NCBI GenBank assembly: GCA_032117235.1
Contig: JAULZW010000012.1
Location: 3,230 to 67,229 of the forward strand
Direction: 5' to 3'
Source of the DNA: Minisyncoccota bacterium
GTDB lineage: Bacteria; Patescibacteriota; Minisyncoccia; SW-4-49-11
DNA: 64,000 nt
Part shown: piece by piece, positions 63,001 to 64,000 of the stretch
Numbering within the stretch: position 1 is the stretch's first letter
How the letters are laid out: each line of letters starts with the position of its first letter
Program-made: the position numbers and the translations under genes
The notes under the pieces: generated by a model
Told to the model about the DNA's origin: nothing
The model's database searches: none
Seen by the model: the letters and a program-made list of their open reading frames with translations, nothing else

Positions 63001-64000
63001 TTACACCATTACTCCACTTCCAATTAACTCCTCATCTTGATAAAGCACTAGAAATTGTCCTTGAGTAATGGCTCTCTGAGGTTCGTCAAATATAACTTTG
63101 AGGGAATATTCGTCAATAGACTCAACAAAACAAGATACATCCTGAGATCTATAGCGAATTTTAGCCTGTAATTTTTGAGGTAATACTGGTATTGCATCAG
63201 TCCAAGATAATTCTTTAATAATAACTTCAGATTGATATAAATCTAATGGATCTACTCCTTTAGATACAATTAATTGATTTTTTTTTAAATCTTTTGACTT
63301 AACAAAATATGGAATGCCTCCACCAATCCCCAGCCCCTTTCTCTGTCCTATGGTATAGAAGTATAATCCTCTGTGCTGACCTAAAACTTTTCCTTCTGTA
63401 TCAATGATGTCTCCCATACTCTCACCAACAAAAGATTCTATAAATGCATTCACATCTATTTCTCCAACAAAACAAATTCCCTGACTATCTGGCTTTTTGG
63501 CATTAGGCAGTTTAATCTCATCCGCAATTCTTCTAACTTCAGATTTTGGAATATTCCCTACGGGAAATAATGTATGAGATAATTCATATTGCCCAAGAGT
63601 AGAGAGAAAATAAGACTGATCTTTAGTATTATCTATACCCTTTAAGAGATGATAAATTCCATCTTGAGTTTGATTGATTCGAGCATAATGTCCTGTTGCA
63701 ATATAATCAGCTCCTAGAGAAAGACATTTATCAAGAAAAACCTTGAATTTAATTTCTTTATTACACATAATATCAGGATTGGGAGTGTGTCCCCTCTTAA
63801 TCTCAGTAATAAAATATTCAATTACCCTATTACGGTATTCATCTTCAAAATCAAAAGTATAAATTGATATCCCGAGATGCCCCGCAACTTGTCTTGCATC
63901 TTCATAATCAGCTTGAGAGGAACAAGGAAAATCAAAAACACCACGCCCAGTCTCAAGCCGACCAGACCAGTTTTTCATAAATACTCCAATCACATTATAC
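63001..64000 (-). CDS. mnmA: tRNA-specific 2-thiouridylase MnmA (5' end outside window)
   Basis: MKNW, TPNPDIMCN, ATGHYAR, KDQSYFL, DSQGICF, TIGQRKGL. Confidence 0.96.
   Translation of the reverse strand, partial: YNVIGVFMKNWSGRLETGRGVFDFPCSSQADYEDARQVAGHLGISIYTFDFEDEYRNRVIEYFITEIKRGHTPNPDIMCNKEIKFKVFLDKCLSLGADYIATGHYARINQTQDGIYHLLKGIDNTKDQSYFLSTLGQYELSHTLFPVGNIPKSEVRRIADEIKLPNAKKPDSQGICFVGEIDVNAFIESFVGESMGDIIDTEGKVLGQHRGLYFYTIGQRKGLGIGGGIPYFVKSKDLKKNQLIVSKGVDPLDLYQSEVIIKELSWTDAIPVLPQKLQAKIRYRSQDVSCFVESIDEYSLKVIFDEPQRAITQGQFLVLYQDEELIGSGVMV

Overview
AT-rich bacterial chromosome segment that looks like a Patescibacteria (CPR, Parcubacteria-like) genome using genetic code 11. This rests on the divergent 16S, unlinked rRNA genes and a minimal CPR-type gene set. 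Housekeeping blocks (PBP1A, secDF, mreBCD-mrdA, dut/ung/cmk, lepA, murJ, metG, greA, priA, ruvB; then secG, rsmE, rmuC, mutM, gmk, mnmA) surround a roughly 19-kb accessory region (about 33.8-52.5 kb) whose genes are almost all on the minus strand. The 16S gene (23.8-25.3 kb) and the 23S-5S genes (42.9-46.1 kb) are separate transcription units, each with its own promoter and processing stem. The best candidate for an undescribed system is a pair of DUF559 (Vsr-like) endonuclease genes. Each is bracketed by an inverted pair of its own subfamily of GC-rich double-hairpin, REP-like repeats, and further copies delimit neighbouring cargo genes, resembling a RAYT/REP system without a RAYT. Other notable signals are a structured 123-bp insert duplicating the tRNA-Gln 3' end, a G11 tract in the promoter spacer of two anchor-sharing surface proteins, a TA-repeat frameshift splitting a GNAT fusion, a 62-nt insertion in 23S domain V, and an EVE/MTHFR-like/ung operon divergent from dut. 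All family calls come from motif recognition by eye; no searches were run.
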